DNA from: Elsinoe ampelina
Taxonomy: Eukaryota
DNA: 51,736 bases
Direction: 5' to 3'
Assembly: GCA_010093995.1 (NCBI GenBank)
Contig: ML992502.1
Location: forward strand, 1,956,312-2,008,047
Of the stretch, positions 1-11,373 are shown piece after piece (the first letter of the stretch is position 1; the number at the start of each line of letters is the position of its first letter). The position numbers and the translations under genes were made by a program. The notes under the pieces were generated by a model. The model was given only the letters and a program-made list of their open reading frames with translations. It did not search any database and was not told where the DNA came from.

Positions 1-1080
1 TGTCACCGGCATGTGCAAAGGGTGAGTTCTGACTACATCCCTTGACTTTATCATACTGACTATCTTCCCAGTTTCGGATTTGTCCGCTTTCACAACTACA
101 AGGATGCTGAGAACTGCATTCGTGGGTTCCACCATCTTGGATACGAAGTCAGCTTTGCGAGGGTCAGTATCTGCCTGCCAAGTCGGCCATAGTCATGCTG
201 ACACGTTTCACAGGAGTCGTTCTACTCAAAGCTCAAGGCGATCGCAGACGATCATAACACCAATCTCTACGTTTCCAACCTTCCAAAGTCCATGAATGAG
301 CATGTGAGTCAATCTGCTCACAAACCTTCTGCCCGTCACTGACTGTTCTCAGGAACTTGGTAACATCTTCGCTCCCCACATTGTCTGCTCTGCTCGCATC
401 CTCCGCAACACCAATGGTACTGGTCGCGGTGTCGGTTTTGCTCGGTAAGCCGCATTTCATCCATCTCGCTTCGTCTGTTACTGACATTGGTCCAGCTTCG
501 AGAGCCGTCAAGACTGCGAGGAGATCATCAGGAACTTCAACAACAAGGTCATCCAGCACAATGGCGAAGAACACACTATTCAGATCCGCTATGCCGACAC
601 CCAAGAGCAAAAGCATCTGAAGCAGACAACAGCCGCTGCTCGTCAGTTCCGCTCTGCTGAGTACGAGTACGCCACGCAGGTTCACCGTCAAGGCTGGCGT
701 GCAGGATCCTCCATGGGCAGCCCGGAGGCCGTCACTCCCACCAGCAACGACTTTGACAACTACATCTCCCACAATGCTGGGTAAGTCGGTCGCTGTTGAT
801 CAGGTTGTACGTTTGCTAACATCTCCATAGCCTTGCTGCAAAGAACTACGCCGATCAGAGTTTCCGCCCATACCATCAGCGTGCTCCTCTGGGCGTTGTC
901 TCCCCCAACAACAGCAACATTCGTCGCAACGGATCGGTCTCCATCAACTCGACTCCATTGGCCAAGGTTTTGACGCACGACTCTCATGAGGGTGGTGTCG
1001 CCCTCCGCGGCGAGAACGCTGCTCCTGCCATTGCTCGCGGCGATATTAGCCCTTCCCGCGTCCGTGGCGCCGACAAATGA
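1..1080 (+). CDS. RNA-binding protein with two RRM domains (MSSP/RBMS1, Spo5/Rim4-like); 5' part lies outside the window
   Basis: Not in the ORF track; spliced by hand using GT-AG introns at 22-71, 163-213, 304-352, 445-495 and 781-830. Translation gives ...TGMCKGFGFVRF (RNP1), TNLYVSNLP (RNP2), GRGVGFARF (RNP1), IQIRYADTQEQK; stop TGA at 1078-1080. Confidence 0.88.
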
Positions 1081-2112
1081 GCTGGCACGGCTCCGCTCAG
1101 CAACACCTCCACGGTCGACAACATGGGCCTCCCTCTTCTTGTTATTCATCCAGGCAGTCCATCCTTTAAACTCCCCCTGGTTTCTTTTCTGGGTCTGTCA
1201 TCAATTACGAAAAGCTCTGTCCAATCATTCTCCTCAGCTCACAGCATGAGGATCTGATGATGGGACGTCTCGGACTTGGAGCTGGCCTTGAACCACACGA
1301 GACACTGCAACAGCTTCTGTTTTGCTCACTCTGTTCTTCAAAGACCTTTTTCTCCAGCGACGGCGCACGGTATGGGTGGCAATGATTCTGACGACGGCAC
1401 CATTTGAGATGGGCCGAGTGCGATGGTGGTGGATGCTCCTGATGGAGCACAAAACGCCATCTCTACTGTGCATCTGGCAACTTTCGGCTTGGAAGATGCC
1501 TCTTTTATCCCTGCATCTTAACTTGTAGATTAGATGATGGTATTTGCTGCTTTCCAAACACTTGTGCAACCTCGTGTGACTTTTTGCGTCCTTTTACACT
1601 TGAGCGCCTGTCTTTGACGACTTGTCACTCGCAGATTGAGGTCTCAACGCATGACGACCGTGGCTGTCACTCATCCATTGCCATGAGATGTATGTAAAAT
1701 TCCCAACTTGGAGTCCTCCGTTTGCCATATTGATGATCCTGCTAACCCGGACATCTCTGGCCCGATGTGCCACCTATGAATCCGAAGACAAGGCAGGGGA
1801 GTCGCTTGTTGTCCGGGATACAGTAAGCATCACAAGGCTGAGAAGAAGAATACATTGAATCAGCTTGGACGGTGCCGGATCGCGGCGCTTGAGAAATTGG
1901 GGGCTGGTAGAAAGGGGTATCAAGACGGAAAGGGTGGCTCGGAGCGCAGGAGATAGGGACAGGGAGAAGGTTAGGAGCTGGAGCCACGTGGGTAAAAGGT
2001 GGACATTAGCCACTGCATGTTTTTTGAACGTTGATTTTGTACCATACATATGATCAGCTATCTTGTTATCATGTCTCGTGACGAACGCGTAGCGTGCCTC
2101 GAATTGTTCTCT

Positions 2113-2215
2113 CGTAGCTCATTCTCGTGTAGGGTCGTTTATGTTCGTGTATAATGTCGTGTATGCTCGTGTGTCATGTCGCGTATCATGTCGCGTATCA
2201 TGTCGTGTCTTGTGT
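2113..2215. repeat. Degenerate short tandem repeat (about 10-12 bp units, TCATGTCGYGTA-like)
   Basis: gtgtcatgtcgcgtatcatgtcgcgtatcatgtcgtgtc, with several flanking tcgtgt words. Confidence 0.55.
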
Positions 2216-2326
2216 TATTCATGATTGCGGCAATGTAGCAAGTTACCAATGTGTTGTGCTCTTTCTCTTCTCTTCTCTTTCTCTCGTAGGCGCAGCAAGT
2301 AGATCACAGTGAAAGGTTGCAGGTGA

Positions 2327-4704
2327 TCATGCGTAAGGATCAGGCCAGGACCACATCCCGTGGACGCCACCGTCTCCGTCCCATCCTCCGTACTCATCTC
2401 CTGGCTCGTTGTCTCGTGTGATTCGGACCGTGGTTGGAGGTGACTCTGCCGATGCTGCATGTTGGACAGCGATAGGGCGTTGCTTCTGTGGAATGACGGC
2501 TGAAGTCTGTTGAGGCATCGGCTGTTTGGGGTGGTGTCGACTCGGGCGTTGGCGACTACCAGCATTAGTGTCTGCTTGCTCCCCGGCATCCATCCAGGTA
2601 GGACAGGAGTCAATGTCTTGCTCGTTCTCGCTGCCGGAGTCGATTGGACGATGGAGTGACCATGGGGGACAAGAGTCTCCCAGTACTTGCTCAGATGGTC
2701 TTTTCCCCTGACGGTTTGTATCGATATTCTCATTGCCCATACTCTGCTTGTCGCTGTCGAGTGTGTTGGTCCGCTTATGCTGGACTGGCAGTGGTACTTC
2801 GTTACCAGCATTCTGTCTGGGACGGAGAACGCGTGACCAGGTCTTTGTCCGGGTTTTGGTCACTGGAATGATCTCGGAAGCCATGGAAGACTCTTGTAAG
2901 ATCTTCTGACGCTTGGGACGAGGGCGTATAGGGGCATACTCGGATCCCTGCCTCGGTGGACGCCGCTTAGGCGTCTTTAATTGGATACTATCTTCCTTGG
3001 CGAGTCGTCTCTCCGAGGCATCTGACTTGTCAAAGGACACTTGTGCTGGAGGAACACGTGGGCGGGATGATTGATCCTTGCGGGTGTTGTCGTCCTCCGA
3101 GCCGCTTTCATCTTCATTGTCTGCATCGTGGGTATCTGCTGTGTATCTGGCGTCTCTGACAATCTGACGCTCTATCGTTGACATCGCTCGACGACTCATG
3201 AAGGTCGAAGATGTCTTCTGTTTCAGAAGCGGTGCAACCGGATCATGGTCAGCAGATCCTGCGGGTGGACCACGATAGATGATTTCGGCCTGCGAATCTG
3301 GATCGTCGAGGGAATTTGCATGTGTCTGTCCGTCTCCCAGGACCCCAAGGTCGGCCATTTCTGCCACTGGATGCTGTGCTATCCCGATCAATGGGCTACC
3401 GCCGCAAGTACGTGTTTGTGAGAGCAAACTATCCTTCGCCGTACCCAGAGTCCTACGAGGGACGGACGAGGATGACTTTCGCTTAGCGGACAATTGATTG
3501 TGGTACTCCGCATCCAGCACAGCACCCTTGGAAGTCTCCTCCGATTCGAGCATGATGGCTTCTAGCAGGGAGACTCCGGGAGTCACAACGGTCTGTGGAA
3601 AGGATTTGCTTGTAGAAGCAGGAATGACTTCCGAGGTCCTTCGAGGAGCTGAAATATCCCATTTACCCGAAGAGACAAGCAACGTCCGCTTCGGAGCCGT
3701 GATCGCAGGTCTGAGATGTGGAATACTCTGTTCTTGAGAATCTAGTAGCGTCTTCCCTAGCATGTCTGGACCCTCCACTTCAGTGGGCTCGTTCGATGCA
3801 GGGTCTTCCGGCTGATCGAAGAGCGACAGGAGACCAGAGGATGCTCTTGAAGGACTTCTGATAGCGGATGTACTTGTCACAAGGTCGACTTCAGGTTGGT
3901 CAGGCAAGGTGACCTTATCGCAGCCGACACTGGCAGAGAGTGGTAGCGGACCGGTAATGAGCTGCAGGATCTGCGAGAAGACCAAGCGGCGCCTAGTCGG
4001 TGTCTTCCTTACAGATCTGTGACTGATAATCAACTTGATCGGCGAAGGCTTGGATCTTCTTTTGAGCTCGGCCTTTGTATACGCTGGGTGCTCGCCAATT
4101 GAGACAGCAGCAAGACGCTTTCCAATGCGTGTGATTTTGTCAGGTTCGTGGGAGAGCTTGTAGTTTCGCTGGCGATCGATCACGGAGACGAGTCGATTGT
4201 GTCTTTGACGACGACGCTGGCTTTTGGAAGGCTCTTCTGAGATCTGCTGTGGACTTTGATCCGGGTCCTGTAGCGAGATATGAGGTGAGCCAGGTAGATC
4301 GTCGTGAAGAGGCAGTAGTATCAGCTCGTTCGCTGGCAAATGCCCTTTCCTCCGAATGGCGACAGCGGCTCGTTTGGGCGGTCTCAGTGCTGACTTCTGG
4401 AGCTTGCGGCGGGTAGTCCTGGTAGCAATGTCTGATCCGGATTCCTCAGAGGTATCCTGGGCCGTAAGTCGCAGTGAACCACGTGGTGGCTGAAGTTGTT
4501 GTGTCTGATCGACAATCGGGCGTGGTACCATGTTAGAGATTTGCTTGACTAAGGTCCATTGCTCGTGCAGAATTGCTGACAGTACCGTGTATGACGCGAA
4601 ATGAATAGATCTGAGTCGTCAGCTCAAGATCGGGCGAGGAGCATGAGGAAAGATTGAGGACTCAAAGATGAGAAATGTTTGATGGTTGGAAGCGCACTCA
4701 CCAT
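2327..4704 (-). CDS. Hypothetical low-complexity, probably disordered protein (S/R/P-rich, basic NLS-like clusters)
   Basis: 734-aa ORF at 2327-4531 with no recognisable domain. A likely upstream start is ATG 4704-4702, followed directly by GTGAGT, with a CTGAC...CAG acceptor near 4612. The 5' exon structure is uncertain. Confidence 0.6.
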
Positions 4705-5662
4705 GGCTGACTCCTTGGACGTCCTTCCTAGGTAGAAACTCTTCTAGCCTTGCCTGTCAGCTGGTTGGCCACTGGAAAACTGGGCTTCGGCCCAGTAAAA
4801 GAGGAAATCATTACAATTCTTGAGCGCTGTATTTACATATATGTACAAGGCGGATATATTTTGCGTTCTGTGTAGACCTTCATCTTCACCATCATCTTCA
4901 TCTTCACTTGATATCTAGACAGATTCTATTCTCTGGGCCTCTCCACTGCTCTTCACATCCTCATTAGGCTCATCGGAAGTTACACCCCTGTGTTGTTGCC
5001 GAGCAATCTTTCTCTCAAGCATTCCCTCAACCTGTCCACTCTTCCAGGTGGAATGCTGGCATCAAAGATGGTATCAATCTCTTCGAGAGTCTTGCCTGCG
5101 GTTTCCGGGTATGTAAAAAAGACGTGAATTGTCATGACGAAGCAGAAGACACCGAAGATAATGTATGTGCGCCACTGGATGTTCGTGAAGGCTGAAGCGA
5201 CGAAGAAGGCCAGAGCAAAGTTGAAGCTGAGGCTAGTCAGTCATCTTTCACGATAAAGATATCTGATCACTTACGCCCAATTGACTGCGGCCGCAATACC
5301 AACGCCCTTGGCGCGCCATTTGAGTGGGAAGACCTCGGAGGCGTAAATCCAGCCGACAGGCGGTATCGTTTATAGGAGTACCAAGTTCCAAACTTTAAAA
5401 TTTTTAGCGTATTGCTTGGCGGGCTAAATCCAGCCAATTTGTTAATAAAAAACCCTAGCTACAATTCTTACCTACCTCTTACGTCATAAGATTCCCTCGG
5501 TTAGACTTTCTATTTTATTATATAATCATTTTCTTACGTAGCAAATTTAGCCGAGCATAGCCTATCGTCGCCTATCGTAGCTAAATGTAGCTATGTTCTT
5601 GCGCATGTTGAAGCTCTAGTTTTGATAGATTATATATTTAAATTTTTGTCGCGCTAAATCTA

Positions 5663-5766
5663 GGCGCCGTGGCTTAGTGGGTAGCAACTTTTTGCACGTC
5701 TACTAATTTCTATGCGCCTTAACCTCTACGTCCTAAAGGTTCTAGGTTCAACTCCCGACCGTGTCA
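5663..5766 (+). tRNA. Degenerate tRNA-like sequence (pseudo-tRNA or Pol III cassette) inside the transposon; isotype not assignable
   Basis: 5' GGCGCCG pairs with 3' CCGTGTC-A (6 of 7 including G-U). A box TGGCTTAGTGG at 5670-5680, D-stem GCT/AGC, B box GGTTCAACTCC at 5745-5755. There are about 30 extra intron-like nt in the anticodon arm and TTTTT at 5783-5787. The T-stem pairs poorly. Confidence 0.6.
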
Positions 5767-5800
5767 ATTATTATATATAGTCTTTTTCTACTTAATTTAC

Positions 5801-5910
5801 TCGAGGTAGTAAATCTAACCGAGGTCTTTTACTTAGTTAGAGCTATATATCTAGCCGAGGTAAGTTAATAGTCGAGGTAGCTCTATAACCGAGGTAACTT
5901 AATAACTAAG
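5801..5910 (+). repeat. Degenerate 17-18 bp tandem array with CGAGGT core
   Basis: CGAGGT at 5802, 5820, 5856, 5873 and 5890 (spacings 18, 36, 17, 17). Confidence 0.75.
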
Positions 5911-6966
5911 ATTACAATTATAAAGACATATATAAACCAAAATCAGGCAAATTACATATAATTTGGCTGACGCACGCCAACTTAAAGTTCGGCCAAGTCT
6001 AAAATAAGCTTTGCAAACTTGGTACCCCTATAAACGATACCCGACAGGCGCCCAGGCGAGACCATAGATACCAACGAAGATATACACGATCGCGATCACG
6101 CCACGAGCGGCATTCCCTGGCGGTATCTCCCACTTGAGGTCGGCGTTGCCATTGACTTCATCCACTGGGTAGCCATTGAGCTAACATCGAAGCCAAAGAG
6201 GGCACCTCCGATGGTGCCAAAGGCAGCGAGGACTGCTTGTGTTAGCTCTTAAGCGACGTAGTAGAGGCGCTACTGACCATAGATGTTGGTGAGACGGAAC
6301 ATGTTTACACAATGCCGTATGCAGTACTTCGTAAAATTGCAAGGTCATTGACCACCAAAGTACAAATCAGAGGGACAAGAGCGGAAGGAGATCTGGGAAT
6401 CTTGTTATACATTGCCAGACACTTACTTACCCGCACCATAATCCCTTCTATTACCCCATCTCCAGCGGCCAGGTCTAAATATCTGGCGCGATCCATGTGG
6501 TTGACATTTGAGGGAAGTGAAAATGTCTCCCCGTCAGATACTGTATGACATCTCGCGGCTGATGACGTTGCGACGTCACCTGGGGAAATCCTTGCATTGT
6601 CCTCTAGAGTCTCCCACCGGGCGTTGATTCCTGCGGGTCTTGTTCTACGTAGCTGCTATCCAATATGATACACTCGTCACGGAACACGAGCAACGACGAC
6701 CGTTGATTTCGTGATTGTGGGACATATCCTCATGCCAAATGTGGGACGGGGATATATCCTGAAGTATGTCCTGAACTCGGTATTCAATTGTGGAAAATGC
6801 GATGGACATTCATCCGGTGGGTGAATCGTTAAATGTACGGAATCGAGCAACGACTTGTCAAGGTAGGGGTATCATTTTCAAAGCATCGCTAGGCATGTCT
6901 ATTACCGTAGCCCGCTGGGGTGGCCAGGAAGACCATCAACGCTATGCAAGACCAAAACACCTTGCA

Positions 6967-8037
<1,071 letters not shown>

Positions 8038-8039
8038 TT

Positions 8040-8074
8040 ACGCGTGAACGCGTGGTTCGAGACGGATTTCGCGT
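8040..8074. promoter_or_regulatory. MCB (ACGCGT) boxes and an SCB-like site in the divergent IDI1/MCM6 promoter
   Basis: ACGCGT at 8040-8045 and 8048-8053, TTTCGCG at 8067-8073, about 100-130 bp upstream of the MCM6 ATG; typical of MBF-regulated G1/S replication genes. Confidence 0.7.
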
Positions 8075-8171
8075 TTCGCTAGCTCTCCTCAATTTACTTC
8101 ACCCCTCGTTGTCGTCGTGAAGCGCCCGCATCTCGTCTGCCTCTCCACAGCACAAAACACACATTGTCAAG

Positions 8172-11146
8172 ATGTCTTCACTATTCGAAGCGGCGCTGCA
8201 ATCAGACAACGTACCAGACAACGACACACGCAGCGTAGCTAGCGCCAACACAGCTCGACAACTTCCCTCTTCGTCGAGACCGAGAGCACCCCCTTCGATC
8301 AGCACTCCTGGCCCCGAGAGTGAAGCGCCAGGTTTCGAAGATGATGAGTTGGTTGGAGCACGAGTATTGAGACGACAGATGCAAGGAATTGATGTCCCTC
8401 CTGTGGTAGACGGAACCGCAGAGCAGACATTGTCCTTGTTTCAAGACTTTCTAGAATCGTGAGGTTCATACACAATCTGCTTCAAGCTTTGAATCTAATC
8501 GAGTTGCAGATATGTCGAGCCTCCACCCAAACCTCAACCAGGTGCCCCTCCACCATCGAGCACGCCCGTACCAGAACGATACTACATCGAGCAAATCAAG
8601 GGGCTGGCCAGGTACGGCCTCTCGACCCTCTACGTGGATTTTCAGCATGTCATGCAATTCGGTCAGGGTATTCTCGCCGAGAGTGTGGCGGAAGACTACT
8701 TTCGATTCCACCCATATCTGACAAGAGCATTACATAACCTGATCGCAAAGTACGCGCCCCGTTACTTTCGCCAGCACAGACAGCCAGGAGCATCTTCAGC
8801 AGCATCGCAAGCACCGACAAATGGATTTGGCACCGAGTCAAGTCAAGCCGACTCGATTGCAGATCGAACACCAAATCAGCAGACGGACAAGATCTTCGCA
8901 CTTGCATTCTACAATCTCCCTCTCGTTTCGAGGGTTCGAGCTCTGAGGACAGAGCAGATTGGCAAGCTTGCATCCATCTCAGGCACAGTCACAAGAACAT
9001 CAGAAGTACGACCCGAGCTTCTTCTGGCCACATTCATCTGCGAGGCATGCAATACAGTTGTGCCGAACGTCGAGCAAGTCTTCCGATACTCGGAGCCGAC
9101 ACAATGCCCGAATTCCACATGCGGAAACCGTCAGGGGTGGCGATTGGATATCCGGCAAAGCACATTCGTCGACTGGCAGAAGGTACGAATCCAAGAGAAC
9201 AGCTCAGAAATTCCCACGGGCAGCATGCCTCGAACCATGGATGTAATACTCCGAGGAGAGATTGTCGATCGAGCAAAAGCCGGAGAGAAGTGCATTTTCA
9301 CTGGCAATCTGATCGTAGTGCCAGATGTGTCACAATTCAGAGTACCCGGTGTACGGCCTCAGGCTATGCGAGATACCGGTAATGCTCGTGGTACTGATGC
9401 TGGCGGCTCTGGAGTGAGCGGTCTCAAAGCGTTGGGCGTTCGAGATCTGACCTACCGCATGGTTTTCCTGGCCAACATGGTCACTCCAGACTCAACGACA
9501 GCGGGACAGGCATCTTCGCAACACCTCAAAGGTCAGGCGGGCAACATTCTCTCCTCCCTCAATCAAGCACCACCAAACGAAGATGTTGCGGCGGAAGAGG
9601 CTCAACAGGAGTTCCTCAGCAGCATCCCTCAATCAGAGATCGATGATCTCCGTCGCATGGTGCACACACCAAATATTTTCATGCGTCTTGTCGACTCGCT
9701 AGCACCCATGGTGTATGGTCACGCAGTTATCAAGAAGGGTCTCCTGCTGCAACTCATGGGTGGTGTCTCAAAAACTACGCCCGAAGGCATGGCGCTCCGT
9801 GGCGACATCAACATTTGCATTGTTGGCGACCCTTCGACCTCGAAATCACAATTTCTCAAGTACATCTGCTCGTTCCTGCCAAGAGCTGTATACACCTCCG
9901 GAAAGGCTTCCTCTGCGGCTGGTCTCACTGCGGCGGTCGTCAAGGACGAAGAGACTGGTGAATTCACCATTGAGGCCGGCGCTCTCATGCTTGCAGACAA
10001 CGGTATCTGCGCCATCGACGAATTCGACAAGATGGACATCGCCGATCAAGTCGCCATCCACGAAGCCATGGAACAGCAAACCATCTCCATCGCCAAAGCC
10101 GGTATCCAAGCTACCCTTAACGCACGTACTAGTATCCTCGCAGCTGCCAACCCCGTTGGAGGTCGCTACAACCGCAAGACCACCCTCCGCGCCAACATCA
10201 ACATGTCCGCCCCAATCATGTCCCGTTTCGACCTCTTCTTCGTCGTCCTCGACGAATGCAACGAGACCGTCGACCAGCACCTTGCCCGCCACATCGTCGG
10301 GATCCACCAAAACCGCGACGAAGCCGTCACTCCTGAATTCTCCACGGAACAACTCCAACGCTACATTCGGTTCGCGCGTACCTTCAAACCCGTCTTCACC
10401 GACGCAGCCAAAGCCCGTCTCGTACAACGCTACAAAGAACTCCGCGCCGACGACGCTCAGGGCGGCGTAGGCCGAAACAGCTACCGCATCACGGTCCGAC
10501 AATTGGAGAGCATGATCCGACTCTCTGAAGCCATCGCAAAGACCAACTGCGTGGACGACATCACGGAAGGATTCGTGGACGAAGCCTTCGGTCTGCTCCG
10601 CCAATCCATCGTGCTGGTGGAGAAAGACGACGTGGAGATGGACGACGAAGACGAGGACGCCGCGCAGGCAGATCAGGACATGGACGACGACGAAGTCGGC
10701 GGCGAGGAGGAGCAGCAGACCGCCGCTGGGGTTAAGCAGCGGACGCAGGTGAAGTACGACAAGTACATGTCCGTGCTCAACCACATGGTGCGTCGCGTGA
10801 ATGACGACCAGGACGAGAGCGGCGACGGGGTGAGCGAGGAGGATCTGGTGGTGTGGTATCTTGAGCAAGTGGAAGGGGAGATGGAGAGCGCGGAGGACCT
10901 AGAGGCGGAGGGGGTGTTGGCGAGGAAGGTGTTGAAGAGGATGGTGAAGGTGAGTTTCCCTCTTTCTTTTTCCTTCTCGAGGATGAGAGATGGTAGAGGG
11001 CCAAGGCTGATGTCAAGCAGGAGAATATCCTCATGCAGATCCGTGGTGAGGGGTTGCAGGGTGATGCTAACGGGGAGGGGTCGTCGAGGGGCCAGGAGAG
11101 GACGGTGTATGTCATGCATCCGAATTGCGCGGTGGAGGAGATGTGA
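8172..11146 (+). CDS. MCM6: DNA replication licensing factor MCM6
   Basis: Zn finger (CEAC...CPNSTC), IPTGSMPR, Walker A GDPSTSKSQ, IDEFDKM, SRFD arginine finger, ITVRQLES; introns at 8459-8509 and 10950-11020; C-terminus ...VYVMHPNCAVEEM*. Confidence 0.96.
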
Positions 11147-11373
11147 GGTGGCGAAGAGACGGAGGGTAATGTTGATGATGGATGAGGTTGCATTGGACGG
11201 GTGATGGGACGGCGTTGGGTAGATACCATGTTTGCACGATTTGTACACTGTCTCGACCCTTGAAGCATGTCATCAAAGATTGAAACGTGAACTTGGCAGG
11301 TCCTCGCCTGCAATGTACGTCTACAGTATGAAATGCAACAATACCCCGTACAGCCCGTGAATGCGAAAGCCAT

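Larger units (their letters stand above)
5362..6041. mobile_element. Non-autonomous TIR DNA transposon (MITE-like), RIP-mutated
   Basis: Left end GGTATCGTTTATAGGAGTACCAAGTT; reverse complement of the right end GGTATCGTTTATAGGGGTACCAAGTT (one mismatch in 26). Direct repeat CCGACAGGCG at 5353-5362 and 6041-6050 gives an 8-bp TSD if the TIR starts GG, or 10 bp if it starts G. Removing the element restores LAWAPVGWIYASE. The interior is AT- and TpA-rich with no ORF. Confidence 0.95.
4915..6302 (-). pseudogene. High-affinity glucose transporter (HGT1-like MFS sugar porter) pseudogene
   Basis: Exon 1 MFRLTNIY, intron 6233-6277, then VLAAFGTIGGALFGFDVSSM. It jumps out of frame to C-terminal-half sequence IVYIFVGIYGLAWAPVG|WIYASEVFPLKWRAKG...NWA, intron 5227-5274, FNF...YPETAGKTLEEID. 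Lesions: large internal deletion near 6175, TE insertion at 5362-6041 and a probable 1-bp frameshift near 5048. Confidence 0.9.

Noticed and set aside
233..1569. ORF-track ORFs over the first 1.5 kb
   Set aside because: Explained by the spliced RRM gene on + and its 3' UTR.
5663..5766. Functional tRNA gene
   Set aside because: The T-stem is mispaired, the B box has lost its conserved G, there is an internal T5 run and the anticodon loop is non-canonical; kept only as tRNA-like.
5801..5910. CGAGGT array as a CRISPR-like repeat-spacer array
   Set aside because: Cores are only 6 bp, spacers about 11 bp, the context is eukaryotic and no cas genes are present.
9846..10868. 340-aa antisense ORF in MCM6, and similar long antisense or alternate-frame ORFs at 17011-18105, 37765-38709 and 14201-15205
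   Set aside because: These are shadows of strongly biased codon usage in real genes on the other strand or frame; they have no motifs of their own.
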